A stretch of 58,794 nt of DNA, from the NCBI GenBank assembly GCA_964442615.1, contig CAYUAG010000009.1, positions 1 to 58,794 of the forward strand. The letters are read 5' to 3'. Origin of the DNA: an uncultured bacterium (lineage in GTDB: Bacteria; Zhuqueibacterota; QNDG01; CAYUAG01). Shown here piece after piece: positions 7,975 to 17,802 of the stretch. The notes beneath the pieces were generated by a model, which saw nothing but the letters and a program-made list of their open reading frames with translations, was not told where the DNA came from and did not search any database. A program made the position numbers and the translations under genes. The first letter of the stretch is position 1. Every line of letters begins with the position of its first letter.

Positions 7975-10941
7975 ATGAATGAAAAAATAAGAATATTAGT
8001 TGTTGAGGATGAAAGAATAGTAGGAGAAGATATCCAAAATTCATTGGAGACGCTTGGTTATTATGTTACCAATATTGTTTCTTCAGGTAAAATGGCACTT
8101 ACTGAAGTAGAAAATAATCCACCTGATATTATATTAATGGATATTGTTTTAAATAGTCCATTAAGTGGGATTGATGTTGCAGAGAAGATTAAGAAGGAAT
8201 TTGATATTCCTGTTGTATATTTAACTGCTTATGCTGATATGGAAACTCTTAACAAAGCAAAGTTGACTGAACCATATGGATATATCCTTAAACCTTTTAA
8301 TATGCTGGAACTCCAGAGTACTTTAGAAATGGCCTTGTATAAATACAGAATGGAGAAAAAACTAAGAGAGAGAAATGCATGGATATCTTCGGTGTTAGGA
8401 AGTATTGCAGATGGAGTTATAGCAACAGATAAACAAGGGAGAGTGACATTTGTAAATGATATTGCAGAACACCTCATCGGAACCAGTAGAAATAAGATTA
8501 TTGGAGATTCAATTGAAAAGGCATTGAATTTAGTTGATGAGAATACTGGTAAACCTGTTAAAGGTTACTTGACTAAGTTATTTGAGGGTAAAAAGGTTGA
8601 TAGTCTATCCTGGACAGAAGTATTAATTTCAAGGAAAGGATTAAGAATTCCTGTTGATAGTAGTATTGCTCCTATAAGAAATGATAAAGGTACTATTGAG
8701 GGAGTTGTTAAAGTTTTTAGGGATGTTACTGAGAGGAAAGAAAATGAAAAAGCACTGAAATATAGATTTAATTTTGAAAGAATTATATCAAAGATTACCT
8801 CAAATTTCATTAAAAATCCTTTCCATAAACTGGATGAGACTTTTAATAGTGCTCTTAAGGAGATAGCTAGTTTTGCCCAAGGTGATAGTGTATGTATGTA
8901 TATCTATTCCAAGAAAAATGATTCTTTATTTCTTAAATATAAATGGTGTAAAAAAAAGGATCCAGATCTGAATACATTTATAAATATTATAATAAAAGCG
9001 GAAGATAATTTTTTGAAATTATTAAAAGATCGTGATATTCTAGTTGTGAATACAATAGAAGAATTCCCTAAAAATATTGATTCAGAATTAAAAAAGATAG
9101 TGGAAACTAGTTTTCGTCCCTTTCTTTTAGTTCCAATGATTTTAGATAATACTCTTTATAGTGTTTTGGGATTTTATGGTAAGGGAGATAAACAAATAGA
9201 AAAATTAGAAGATTTAATTTTTTTGATTAATACAGTTTCTGATATATTTATAAATGTTATGGAAAGAAGAAGAGCTGAAGAAAATTTACAGGTATCTGAA
9301 GAGCGATATAGAGGACTTTTTGAAGCAATGCACTCAGGGGTGATTTACTTTAATACTGACAAAAAAATAATTTCATGTAATCAATCAGCTGAAATAATTT
9401 TTGGAGTAAATTCCTCAGAAATGATAGGATTAGAATTAGTAAGCAGCAAATGGAAATTGATTAATGAATATGGAGTGGACTTAATTAGCAAGGAAAATCC
9501 GGTTGATATTGCATTTAACACTGATAAATCCGTTTTAAATAAAATAATTGGAGTAGTAACTTCTGAGGGAGAAAAAAAGTGGCTGTTAGTAGATGTTACT
9601 CCTGTTTTTAGAGTAAATACGAATAAGCCTGAAACATTTTTCATGATTTTTACAGATATTACCCAGAGAAAAGAAATGGAATTTGCTTTAAAAGCAAGAA
9701 ATTTAGAATTAGAAGCTTTAAATACAATTGCAAATATTGTAAGCGATACTCTTGATTTAAACATTATAGTGAATAAAGCACTTGATGAGATTTTAAGAAT
9801 CATGGATTTTTCCAATGGATGTGTTTTTATTTATAATGAAGAGAGGAATTTAGTTGTTGTGAAATTTTTTCGGCATATATCAAAAGAGTTGTCCAAAGCT
9901 CTTCTATATTATCATGAGGATAATTCATCTGAGTACTGGAAAAAATTAAATGAAGGTAATATTAAATGTTTTTTAACTAAGCAGGTATTAGCAGGAGGTA
10001 ATTATAAATTCAAAAAAAATCCGGAAGAGTCTTCATTAAATTGTCTTCTTGTCCCTTTAAAAGTAGGGGATAAAATAATTGGATCATTGAATTTTTTCAG
10101 TAAAAAATTATTATCTTCCCAGGATTTTGGATATTATTTCTTTTCAAATGTTGGTAATCAGATTGGTCTGGCAGTCAGAAATGCTAGATTATATGAGAAA
10201 ACAAATCAAACTTTAAAGGAGTTAAAGATTACCCAGGATAAACTTGTGGAATCTGAAAAACTTGTTGGTTTTGGTGAGATGGCAAGCAGTGTTGTACATG
10301 AGATTGGGAATCCATTGGGATCAATATCTAATTCAATCCAATTGCTTCAAAAAAAATTAAATGTTAGTGGCACCATGAAGGAATTAATGAATATTATTGC
10401 TTGGGAAGCAGAACGATTGAGCAAATCTGTTGATCAATTAAGAGAGTTGTCTAAACAACGTAGTTATAATTTCAAGAATAGTGATTTATGTGATATTGTA
10501 AAGAGAGGTTTATTAATAATTAATAAGGATTTTGAGCTTTTAATGGGTAAAGATATCGAGACCTATTTTCCCAGAAATCTTCCTCAAACTAAGCTTGATT
10601 CAGATGCAATGCAGCAGGTTGTTTTTAATTTGGTAAAAAATGCTTTACAGGCAATTGAGGAAGGAGAAAAAATTGAGGTTAGGGTGAAAAATATTACCAA
10701 AAAGAGTGAAAAATATCTTGTGCTTGAGGTAAAAGATTATGGAAAGGGAATATCGGAAAAAGATATTAATTCAATATTTGAACCATATTTTTCAACCAAA
10801 TCCAAAGGAATGGGACTAGGAATGCATGTTGTTAAGCAGATTGTTGAAGCTCATAATGGAACTATTTATATTAAAAGCAAGGAAAATGTTGGAACTACAA
10901 TTACAGTATACATACCAGTTGTAGGAGATAATAATGGTTAA
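7975..10941 (+). CDS. Soluble hybrid sensor kinase REC-PAS-GAF-PAS-GAF-HisKA-HATPase
   Basis: N-terminal REC (ILVVEDE, ILMDI, KPF). PAS starts SIADGVIATD and AMHSGVI. GAF end NARLYE. H-box VVHEIGNPL, N-box NLVKNA, DYGKGI, FEPYFSTK, GMGLGM. Confidence 0.92.
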   Translation: MNEKIRILVVEDERIVGEDIQNSLETLGYYVTNIVSSGKMALTEVENNPPDIILMDIVLNSPLSGIDVAEKIKKEFDIPVVYLTAYADMETLNKAKLTEPYGYILKPFNMLELQSTLEMALYKYRMEKKLRERNAWISSVLGSIADGVIATDKQGRVTFVNDIAEHLIGTSRNKIIGDSIEKALNLVDENTGKPVKGYLTKLFEGKKVDSLSWTEVLISRKGLRIPVDSSIAPIRNDKGTIEGVVKVFRDVTERKENEKALKYRFNFERIISKITSNFIKNPFHKLDETFNSALKEIASFAQGDSVCMYIYSKKNDSLFLKYKWCKKKDPDLNTFINIIIKAEDNFLKLLKDRDILVVNTIEEFPKNIDSELKKIVETSFRPFLLVPMILDNTLYSVLGFYGKGDKQIEKLEDLIFLINTVSDIFINVMERRRAEENLQVSEERYRGLFEAMHSGVIYFNTDKKIISCNQSAEIIFGVNSSEMIGLELVSSKWKLINEYGVDLISKENPVDIAFNTDKSVLNKIIGVVTSEGEKKWLLVDVTPVFRVNTNKPETFFMIFTDITQRKEMEFALKARNLELEALNTIANIVSDTLDLNIIVNKALDEILRIMDFSNGCVFIYNEERNLVVVKFFRHISKELSKALLYYHEDNSSEYWKKLNEGNIKCFLTKQVLAGGNYKFKKNPEESSLNCLLVPLKVGDKIIGSLNFFSKKLLSSQDFGYYFFSNVGNQIGLAVRNARLYEKTNQTLKELKITQDKLVESEKLVGFGEMASSVVHEIGNPLGSISNSIQLLQKKLNVSGTMKELMNIIAWEAERLSKSVDQLRELSKQRSYNFKNSDLCDIVKRGLLIINKDFELLMGKDIETYFPRNLPQTKLDSDAMQQVVFNLVKNALQAIEEGEKIEVRVKNITKKSEKYLVLEVKDYGKGISEKDINSIFEPYFSTKSKGMGLGMHVVKQIVEAHNGTIYIKSKENVGTTITVYIPVVGDNNG

Positions 10942-12310
10942 TGTATTAATTGTTGATGATGAAAAAAATATGCGCCGTACATTATCTATTGCTCTAAAAG
11001 AGGATGGGTATGAGGTTTCTGAAGCTGCAAATGGCAAGGAGGCTTTTGATTATATTAATAATGAAGTATACGATATAGTTATAACAGATCTGGTTATGGA
11101 TGATATTGATGGCATTGAATTGCTTTGTAAGATTAAAGAGGTTAATCCGTTAACGGAAGTACTGCTAATGAGTGCTCATGGAACTATCCCTAAAGCTGTT
11201 GAGTCCATGAAAGAGGGAGCTTTTGATTTTATTGTAAAACCATTTACCATTGAACAACTTGATATAATCTTGAATAAAGTATTAAATCAATTAGAATTAA
11301 AGAAAACTGTAAAACATCTGAAAGCAGTACTCGCTGATCATTATCCTTTTAAAGATATTATAGCTGTCAGCTCCGAGATGAGGAATGTTTTGCATAAAAC
11401 TACTCAGATTGCTGACTGGTCCGTACCTGTCTTAATACAAGGTCCCAGTGGAGTTGGTAAAGAGCTTATTGCAATGGCAGTGCATCATTTAAGTAGCAGG
11501 AATAAAGGGCCTTTTGTACCAATTAATTGTGGTGGATTTCCAGATACTCTCCTTGATAGTGAACTTTTTGGTCATTGTAAGGGGGCATTTACTGGAGCAA
11601 CGGTGAATAAACGAGGACTTATTGAAGAAGCTGATAAAGGGACACTTTTTTTAGATGAGATTGGTGAAGCTCCTTTTGCTATGCAAATCAGGCTTCTTCG
11701 TTTTTTGGATAATGGACGCTTCAGAAGAGTAGGGGAAGTAAAAGAACGTATCAGTGATGTTCGTATAATTGCTGCCACAAATAAAGATTTAAATAGTTAT
11801 ATTAATGAGGATAAATTCAGAGAAGATTTGTTTTTCAGACTTTCGGTCGCTGTAATATCAATCCCTCCTTTGAGTATGAGAAAAGAAGATATTACTCCTC
11901 TTGTTCAACATTTTATTGATCTTTACAGTAAAAAGATGAATAAACCAGCACCTAAAATAAATCCCCATGTCAGTGCTATTTTTCAAACATATGACTGGCC
12001 AGGAAATGTAAGAGAAATTGAGAACACAATTGAACAAGCCTTAATCGTATCAAATACAAATCAGATAGTAGTTGAGGATTTACCACAAAAATTTCATGAA
12101 TACTCTATTGACAATGAGTTATTTAATGAAGGTAATCCTACCCTTGAAGAGATTCAGAAACGGTATATACTTTCAGTTCTTAAAAAAACTGATGGCAATA
12201 AAAAGAAAGCTGCAAAGATATTAAAAATTTCCCGCACTACGTTAATCTCTCGCTTAAAAAAATATAAATCTAATAAAAAAAGTGTTCAAAATCCAAAGAT
12301 AAAAAATTGA
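10934..12310 (+). CDS. NtrC-family sigma54-dependent response regulator (REC-AAA+-Fis HTH)
   Basis: Walker A GPSGVGKE, SELFGHCKGAFTGA, GTLFLDEIGE, FREDLFFRL, WPGNVRE and a C-terminal HTH. Overlaps the kinase stop. Confidence 0.95.
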   Translation: MVNVLIVDDEKNMRRTLSIALKEDGYEVSEAANGKEAFDYINNEVYDIVITDLVMDDIDGIELLCKIKEVNPLTEVLLMSAHGTIPKAVESMKEGAFDFIVKPFTIEQLDIILNKVLNQLELKKTVKHLKAVLADHYPFKDIIAVSSEMRNVLHKTTQIADWSVPVLIQGPSGVGKELIAMAVHHLSSRNKGPFVPINCGGFPDTLLDSELFGHCKGAFTGATVNKRGLIEEADKGTLFLDEIGEAPFAMQIRLLRFLDNGRFRRVGEVKERISDVRIIAATNKDLNSYINEDKFREDLFFRLSVAVISIPPLSMRKEDITPLVQHFIDLYSKKMNKPAPKINPHVSAIFQTYDWPGNVREIENTIEQALIVSNTNQIVVEDLPQKFHEYSIDNELFNEGNPTLEEIQKRYILSVLKKTDGNKKKAAKILKISRTTLISRLKKYKSNKKSVQNPKIKN

Positions 12311-12435
12311 AAGTGAACACTATATATTTGATAAAGATTAATTATACTAAATAGTTTTTCTTTTAAGAATATTATAAATTTAAAAAGAATAATAATTTAT
12401 AAAAAATTTTTTAAGGAAGGGAAAAGATGTATCTT

Positions 12436-12451
12436 TGGCATGACTTTTGAT
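12436..12451 (+). promoter_or_regulatory. Possible degenerate sigma54 promoter (GG-N10-GA)
   Basis: TGGCATGACTTTTGAT has a good -24 element but GA instead of GC at -12. It lies 34 bp before ORF 12485. Confidence 0.4.
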
Positions 12452-12484
12452 GTATATTTATAATATTAAAATTAGGAGTTATAG

Positions 12485-12838
12485 ATGAACCATATTCTTC
12501 TTGTTGATGATGATTTAAATTTTCGTCGTTCCTTATTAATACATATGGAACTTGAAGGGTATAAAGTAACAGGAGTAGAAAGTCCAATGCAGGCATTATC
12601 AATTCTTAATAAATATGAAATGGAAGATATTCTACCAGATGTGATTATTACTGATATAAAAATGCCTGAAATGGATGGAAGGAATTTTGCAAAAGAAATT
12701 AAAAGAAAACATCCGGAAATGCCAATTATTATGATATCGGCTTTTGATGTACCTGGTAATACCTTAGAATTTCCATTTTTAAAAAAACCTTTTAAAGTTC
12801 AAGAGATTTTAAACGTTGTGAAAAAATTAAATAAATAG
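12485..12838 (+). CDS. Single-domain response regulator
   Basis: ILLVDDD, IITDIKMPEMDG, MISA, KKPF. RBS AGGAG. Confidence 0.9.
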   Translation: MNHILLVDDDLNFRRSLLIHMELEGYKVTGVESPMQALSILNKYEMEDILPDVIITDIKMPEMDGRNFAKEIKRKHPEMPIIMISAFDVPGNTLEFPFLKKPFKVQEILNVVKKLNK

Positions 12839-12846
12839 GGTAAGTA

Positions 12847-13197
12847 ATGCGAAGTATCTTATTAGTAGATGATGATAATAATTACAGACGATCATTAGCC
12901 TTGAGTCTTGAGATATTAGGTTATCGTGTTTTTGAAGCAAAAAGTGGTATGGAAGCATTACATTTTCTAAAAGACAATCAAAAGGAAAAAGATAAAGTAG
13001 GGGGGGTAATTGTTGATGCTCGTATGCCTGGCTTAGATGGTTTTTGGTTAACAGATCAGCTATTGATGAGTTATCCTGAATTACGGATTATTATTCTATC
13101 TGCTTATCCTTATCCGACTCAATCTGATCAATATACTTTTTTAACTAAGCCTGTGAAAATGGATACCTTAACTCAGGCATTGGATAAAAAATATTAA
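12847..13197 (+). CDS. Single-domain response regulator
   Basis: ILLVDDD, VIVDARMPGLDG, ILSA, TKPV. Confidence 0.9.
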   Translation: MRSILLVDDDNNYRRSLALSLEILGYRVFEAKSGMEALHFLKDNQKEKDKVGGVIVDARMPGLDGFWLTDQLLMSYPELRIIILSAYPYPTQSDQYTFLTKPVKMDTLTQALDKKY

Positions 13198-13390
13198 TCT
13201 GAGTTTTTAATTATCAGAATAAAACCAGTAGATCACAAAGAGACAAAAATAAATATCAGTTTGAATTAAATTTTATAATATTATTTCTTTACCCCGTAAC
13301 CCTACAAAATATTATTTAAAAATTTAATACTATTTTTTTGTATAGATTAGGTTTATTAAAAAATGTTATATTATATTTAGGAGATATAAA

Positions 13391-15424
13391 ATTCAGAAAG
13401 AAAATTATAATACAGTAGTAAGTCAGAAAAAAGATCCTGTATTAATTTTTGCTCAGAGGTATAAGGCTTTTTTTGACTCAACTACTGATGGGATAGTTAT
13501 ATTTAATATAGATGGTCAAATACTTGATTCAAATCCTAGTCTTATCAAATTAAGTGGTTACTCGTTTGATAATCTTGTTTCATTGCGTATTGATGATTTA
13601 TTTGATAAGAATAGTATTGAGTTAATACACCGTAAGATTAAAAAGTTGTTAGAAAAACAAGATAAAATAAGGTATCCTTTTGAATGTAATTTAATATCTA
13701 AAAAATCAAAAAGGAAACCAGTTGAGATTGGTTTAAGTTTATTAGAAAACCAATATGGATTTTCTAAATCAATACTTGCAGTAATAAGAGATATTACCCG
13801 TAGAAAAGAAGCAGAAAAAAATCTTATACAGCGAGCAGAGGAATTACAGAAAGTCTTTGATGCAGTACCTACAATGCTCTGTGTTATTGATGAGGGAAAA
13901 CGAGTTAAAAAGATTAATCTTGAAGGTGTTATTTTATTTAAAAAGCAAGAAAAAGAGATTATTGGAAAAAAAATTGGTGAGATAATTAATTGTAAATATA
14001 AAAATAATTCTAAAAGAGGTTGTGGTTTTGGGGAAAAATGCAGTGAATGTTCAATCAATGAGAGTATATTAAGATGTTTAAAAAACGATGAAAATGTTCG
14101 AGATGTTGAGGTGTCAATCATTACTAAAAAAAGAAAAAATGAAATTATAAAATTTTATCAGCTGAATGCCATACCACTCCGAGCATATGGAAAGAGATGT
14201 GGTGTAGTTTCATTAAAGGATATTACAGCCAGAAAAGAAGCAGAACTCAAGACTGAACATCTGCATAATAATATTGAACAGACTAATATTGAATTAAAAA
14301 AGGCTTTGGATGATCTTGCTAGAAGTCAATCTCAGTTAATTGAATCACAGAAACTCCAGCAGATAGGCTTACTAAGTTCTGGATTGGCACATAATTTAAA
14401 AACACCGATAGCTGGAATAAAAGGGTATGCTCAACTCCTTAATTATAAGTATCCTGATTCAGATGAGTTAAATATGATTCTTGATGAGGTTGAAATAATT
14501 GAAAAGATTACAAATGATTTAATGTTAAAGAGTAGAAAAGATCATAGTAATCAACAAGAAAATATAAATTTAAATGAACTAATTCGTATAGAGTTAAGTT
14601 TTTTAAGTGCAAATTTATTTTTTAAACATAAAATTAAAAAGATAATCGAACTTGATGAGCATCTTCCCCTTCTCACAGGAGTATATACTCATTTTAGTCA
14701 GAGTTTAATGAATATCATTCAAAATAGTATTGATGCCATGTATCATACTGAGAAAAAAATTTTGAAAATTAAATCATTTCACGATAAAAATTCTATTTAT
14801 ATCAAAGTAGAGGATACAGGGACAGGAATTCCGGATGAAATTCAAGATTCAGTGTTTGATCCATTTTTTACAACTAAATCTTCAAGTTTTGATAGTAGTG
14901 AGAATAAGCCTGTAGGAACAGGACTGGGTTTAAGTAGTGCCAGTTATTTTATTCACCAATATAGTGGGAATATAGATATTTTCAGCACTGAGGGAAAAGG
15001 TACCAAAGTAACAATTAGCCTACCATATAAATCTAAAAGAATGGAAAACAATAATAGACGTATGATTATTGTTGATGTTTCTAAGGAGATGGTGGATATT
15101 TTTGTACAGATATGCAGGGATATGGGATTAGAAGCTCATGGAACCACACAAGGCTTAAAAGTGCTTGAATTATATAAAGAGATTAAACCAGTCCTATTAG
15201 TTATAGATTTATCTTTATCAGATTTAAATGGTAAAGATCTTACCAAGAGAGTTCGGGAGTTAAATCCTGAACAAAAAATTATATTTATTAAAGGGTATTC
15301 AGAGGATTCAAAATATCATGAGTGGCTTTCTCATCAATGCCAGAAACCTTCCATATCATCAGCTATCAAAAAACCATTTTCATTAAATGAATTCAGAAGA
15401 ATAATTCAGAGAATGCTTTTTTAA
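13391..15424 (+). CDS. Hybrid histidine kinase PAS-PAS-HisKA-HATPase-REC; probable ATT start at 13391 (ORF track start is 13583)
   Basis: H-box LAHNLKTP, NIIQNSIDA, DTGTGI, FDPFFTTK, GTGLGL and a C-terminal REC. The frame is open for 64 codons upstream of 13583 and encodes a PAS start (RYKAFFDSTTDGIVIFNIDGQILDSN). AGGAG at 13379-13383 lies 7 nt before ATT. Confidence 0.85.
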   Translation: MQKENYNTVVSQKKDPVLIFAQRYKAFFDSTTDGIVIFNIDGQILDSNPSLIKLSGYSFDNLVSLRIDDLFDKNSIELIHRKIKKLLEKQDKIRYPFECNLISKKSKRKPVEIGLSLLENQYGFSKSILAVIRDITRRKEAEKNLIQRAEELQKVFDAVPTMLCVIDEGKRVKKINLEGVILFKKQEKEIIGKKIGEIINCKYKNNSKRGCGFGEKCSECSINESILRCLKNDENVRDVEVSIITKKRKNEIIKFYQLNAIPLRAYGKRCGVVSLKDITARKEAELKTEHLHNNIEQTNIELKKALDDLARSQSQLIESQKLQQIGLLSSGLAHNLKTPIAGIKGYAQLLNYKYPDSDELNMILDEVEIIEKITNDLMLKSRKDHSNQQENINLNELIRIELSFLSANLFFKHKIKKIIELDEHLPLLTGVYTHFSQSLMNIIQNSIDAMYHTEKKILKIKSFHDKNSIYIKVEDTGTGIPDEIQDSVFDPFFTTKSSSFDSSENKPVGTGLGLSSASYFIHQYSGNIDIFSTEGKGTKVTISLPYKSKRMENNNRRMIIVDVSKEMVDIFVQICRDMGLEAHGTTQGLKVLELYKEIKPVLLVIDLSLSDLNGKDLTKRVRELNPEQKIIFIKGYSEDSKYHEWLSHQCQKPSISSAIKKPFSLNEFRRIIQRMLF

Positions 15425-15449
15425 TTTAATGATTTTTTATAAGGCGATA

Positions 15450-15484
15450 GGTAAAAAGTACCATCTTAATGCCACATTTTTACC
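15450..15484. promoter_or_regulatory. Putative tandem bEBP enhancer sites
   Basis: GGTAAaaaGTACC at 15450 and ccacatttTTACC at 15472, 22 bp apart, about 130 bp upstream of the 15613 promoter. Confidence 0.55.
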
Positions 15485-15612
15485 TACTTTACTATATATT
15501 GTAAAGTGATAGTTTTATATTACTATAAATTTATTTATTTTAAATTTAGCAAAAATAGTATAATAGAATGAACATGATTAGTTTAAATGGACATCTTAAT
15601 TTTTCCTAATAA

Positions 15613-15628
15613 TGGTGTTATTTTTGCA
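15613..15628 (+). promoter_or_regulatory. Sigma54 -24/-12 promoter
   Basis: TGGTGTTATTTTTGCA (GG-N10-GC), upstream of the 15923-19171 gene run. Confidence 0.6.
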
Positions 15629-15922
15629 TATTAAAAGATCAGTAAATTTACTTTAGTAAGTAGAAAGGGAGAAATTTTAATTTAAATAAATCATTACCAA
15701 TACAGTTGCATTGTCTACTTATATATTAGTAAATTTTTATTATATGAGATTTTATCAGTAAGTTGTTAAACGAGTAACGAGTAAAAAAAGAATAGTAGTT
15801 CGAATGAATAATGATATAGTTACGAAACAATATGAAAGTACTACTCTATTTCCAGTAAGTTTAATTCTTGGTAATATAGTGAAAATTTTTTATATATTTT
15901 GATTATGGAGAAGATGTAAAAA

Positions 15923-16528
15923 ATGGAGAAAGATAAAAAAGAAAGTTTAATAGAAAAATTTAATAATGTACTTGTTATTGATGATGATACCTTTATGATA
16001 GATATTCTTTCGCGTTATTTAACTCAATTAGGTTTTAATGTAACAGCTGTTCAGACAGGAGAAGAAGCAGTCAAGACTATTAAAAAGACAAAAATTCATA
16101 TTTCTATAGTTGATTTATTACTTTTTGAGATGGATGGTATTGAACTGATTAATAAATTTAAAATAATTGATGATGAAATGATAATAATTCTCATTACTGG
16201 ACATCCTAGTTTTGAAACTGCCGTAGAGGCTTTAAAGCTAGGAGTACAAGATTATCTTGTTAAACCATTTAAATTGGAACAACTTGATAAAGTCTTGAAA
16301 AAGTCTTTAGAAGAAAAAAAGATGATTATGGAAAATAAGAATTTACGAAAAGAGTTAAAGAAAATTAAGGATAAACTTCAATATTATAAAGAACTTGTTA
16401 ATCAATCTGAAGATATTAAACAATGGGTGACTAATAATTTACAGAAATTGGAAGAGTTGAAAGATAAAGGAATTATTACAGAGGAAGAATACAAACAAAG
16501 GCGAAATAATTTAAATGCAAATAAATAG
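15923..16528 (+). CDS. Response regulator with REC, coiled coil and C-terminal SHOCT-like domain
   Basis: VLVIDDD, IVDL, ITG, VKPF. C-terminus LQKLEELKDKGIITEEEYKQRR matches the SHOCT pattern. Confidence 0.85.
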   Translation: MEKDKKESLIEKFNNVLVIDDDTFMIDILSRYLTQLGFNVTAVQTGEEAVKTIKKTKIHISIVDLLLFEMDGIELINKFKIIDDEMIIILITGHPSFETAVEALKLGVQDYLVKPFKLEQLDKVLKKSLEEKKMIMENKNLRKELKKIKDKLQYYKELVNQSEDIKQWVTNNLQKLEELKDKGIITEEEYKQRRNNLNANK

Positions 16529-16536
16529 GTAATATT

Positions 16537-17802
16537 ATGGTTAGAAAAATATCTGTAAATAATAAAAATGAGGTTTTACCCTTAGCTGAAGCTTTTAATT
16601 CATTTAATAATATAATATCAGATTTGGATTTATCCTATAAAGATTTAAAAGGTAGTATTGAAGAGTTAAATTTGAAGATATCTGAAAAAAATAAATTTTT
16701 AGAAAAAAATTTTTTTGAGGTAAATAGAGTACGCTGCTTTTTTGATTCTATACTGAATAGTATGAGAGATGGAGTCATTGTTGTGGATATGAAAGGAAGA
16801 ATAGTGCTATTGAATAAAAGTATAAAAAAAATGACTGGTTATTCTGATTACGAGGTGATTGGAGAATCTTATAAAAAAATTTTTGGAAAAACAGTAAGTG
16901 AAAGGTTTTCTCCAATCTATACGCTATCACATAATATTCCTCTTGTTATGGAGGAGAAAGAGTTAACAACTAAATCTGGTAAAAAAATCCCTGTTCGTTA
17001 TAGTACTTCTATTGTTTATGATAGTGAAGATGAGGTGATTGGTGTGGTTGAAGTGAGCAGTGATTTGACCAGAATAAAAAGACTTGAAGTTCAGATGCAG
17101 AAGATAAAAACTCAAGCTGCATTAAATCAAATGGCAGGATTGGTTGCTCATGAAATAAGAAATCCTTTGGCTGGTATTAAGGGATATATAGATTTATTAA
17201 AAGAATCGTTTGATAAATCGGACAAAAAGCAAGAGAAAATCAATGAAATATATTCATTAATTAAAAAACTAAATAAGATCGTGGTTAATTTTATGATAAT
17301 GGCACAACCTATTAAACCCAATTTTGTTAAAACCGATATCATAGAATTTATACAAAATGTAACTGATTATTTTTGCTCAAAAAATAATTTAGAAGAAAAA
17401 AAAATAACACTTGATATTTCAATTCCCGAAGGTATGGATACTCTTTTGATAAATTGTGATCCCATATTAATGGAGCAGACCTTAATCATGATACTTGACA
17501 ATGCTGTAAAAGCTATGGACATAGGGGGAAATTTGGGAATAAAACTTAAAACAGAACATATTCAAGAGAGGAGAAAAAGAGAAATAGCCATTATAATTTC
17601 TGATTCAGGTTGCGGAATGTCAAAAGATGTTAAGAATAAAATATTTAATCCTTTTTTTACTACAAGAGATAAGGGAATGGGATTGGGATTATCACTTGCA
17701 AGGAATTTTATTAAGTTTCATGATGGTAATATTTTTGTAGAGAGTGAAGAGGGGATAGGAACAACAGTAAACATAATTTTACCTAAAAGTTATGAGGTAT
17801 AA
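16537..17802 (+). CDS. Soluble PAS histidine kinase, FleS/FlrB-like
   Basis: N-terminal LAEAFNSFN...L..SY..L coiled coil as in FleS-type kinases, PAS SMRDGVIVVD, H-box VAHEIRNPL, GMGLGL. Lies upstream of a bEBP and fliE. Confidence 0.85.
   Translation: MVRKISVNNKNEVLPLAEAFNSFNNIISDLDLSYKDLKGSIEELNLKISEKNKFLEKNFFEVNRVRCFFDSILNSMRDGVIVVDMKGRIVLLNKSIKKMTGYSDYEVIGESYKKIFGKTVSERFSPIYTLSHNIPLVMEEKELTTKSGKKIPVRYSTSIVYDSEDEVIGVVEVSSDLTRIKRLEVQMQKIKTQAALNQMAGLVAHEIRNPLAGIKGYIDLLKESFDKSDKKQEKINEIYSLIKKLNKIVVNFMIMAQPIKPNFVKTDIIEFIQNVTDYFCSKNNLEEKKITLDISIPEGMDTLLINCDPILMEQTLIMILDNAVKAMDIGGNLGIKLKTEHIQERRKREIAIIISDSGCGMSKDVKNKIFNPFFTTRDKGMGLGLSLARNFIKFHDGNIFVESEEGIGTTVNIILPKSYEV

Noticed and set aside
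12485-13197. Naming the single-domain regulators cheY
   Set aside because: They are generic REC domains, and there is no cheA, cheW or chemoreceptor gene in the window.
15630-15922. Riboswitch or ncRNA in the long leader (imperfect inverted repeat around 15790-15850)
   Set aside because: It is very AT-rich and I recognised no riboswitch consensus. It cannot be supported without a covariance-model search.
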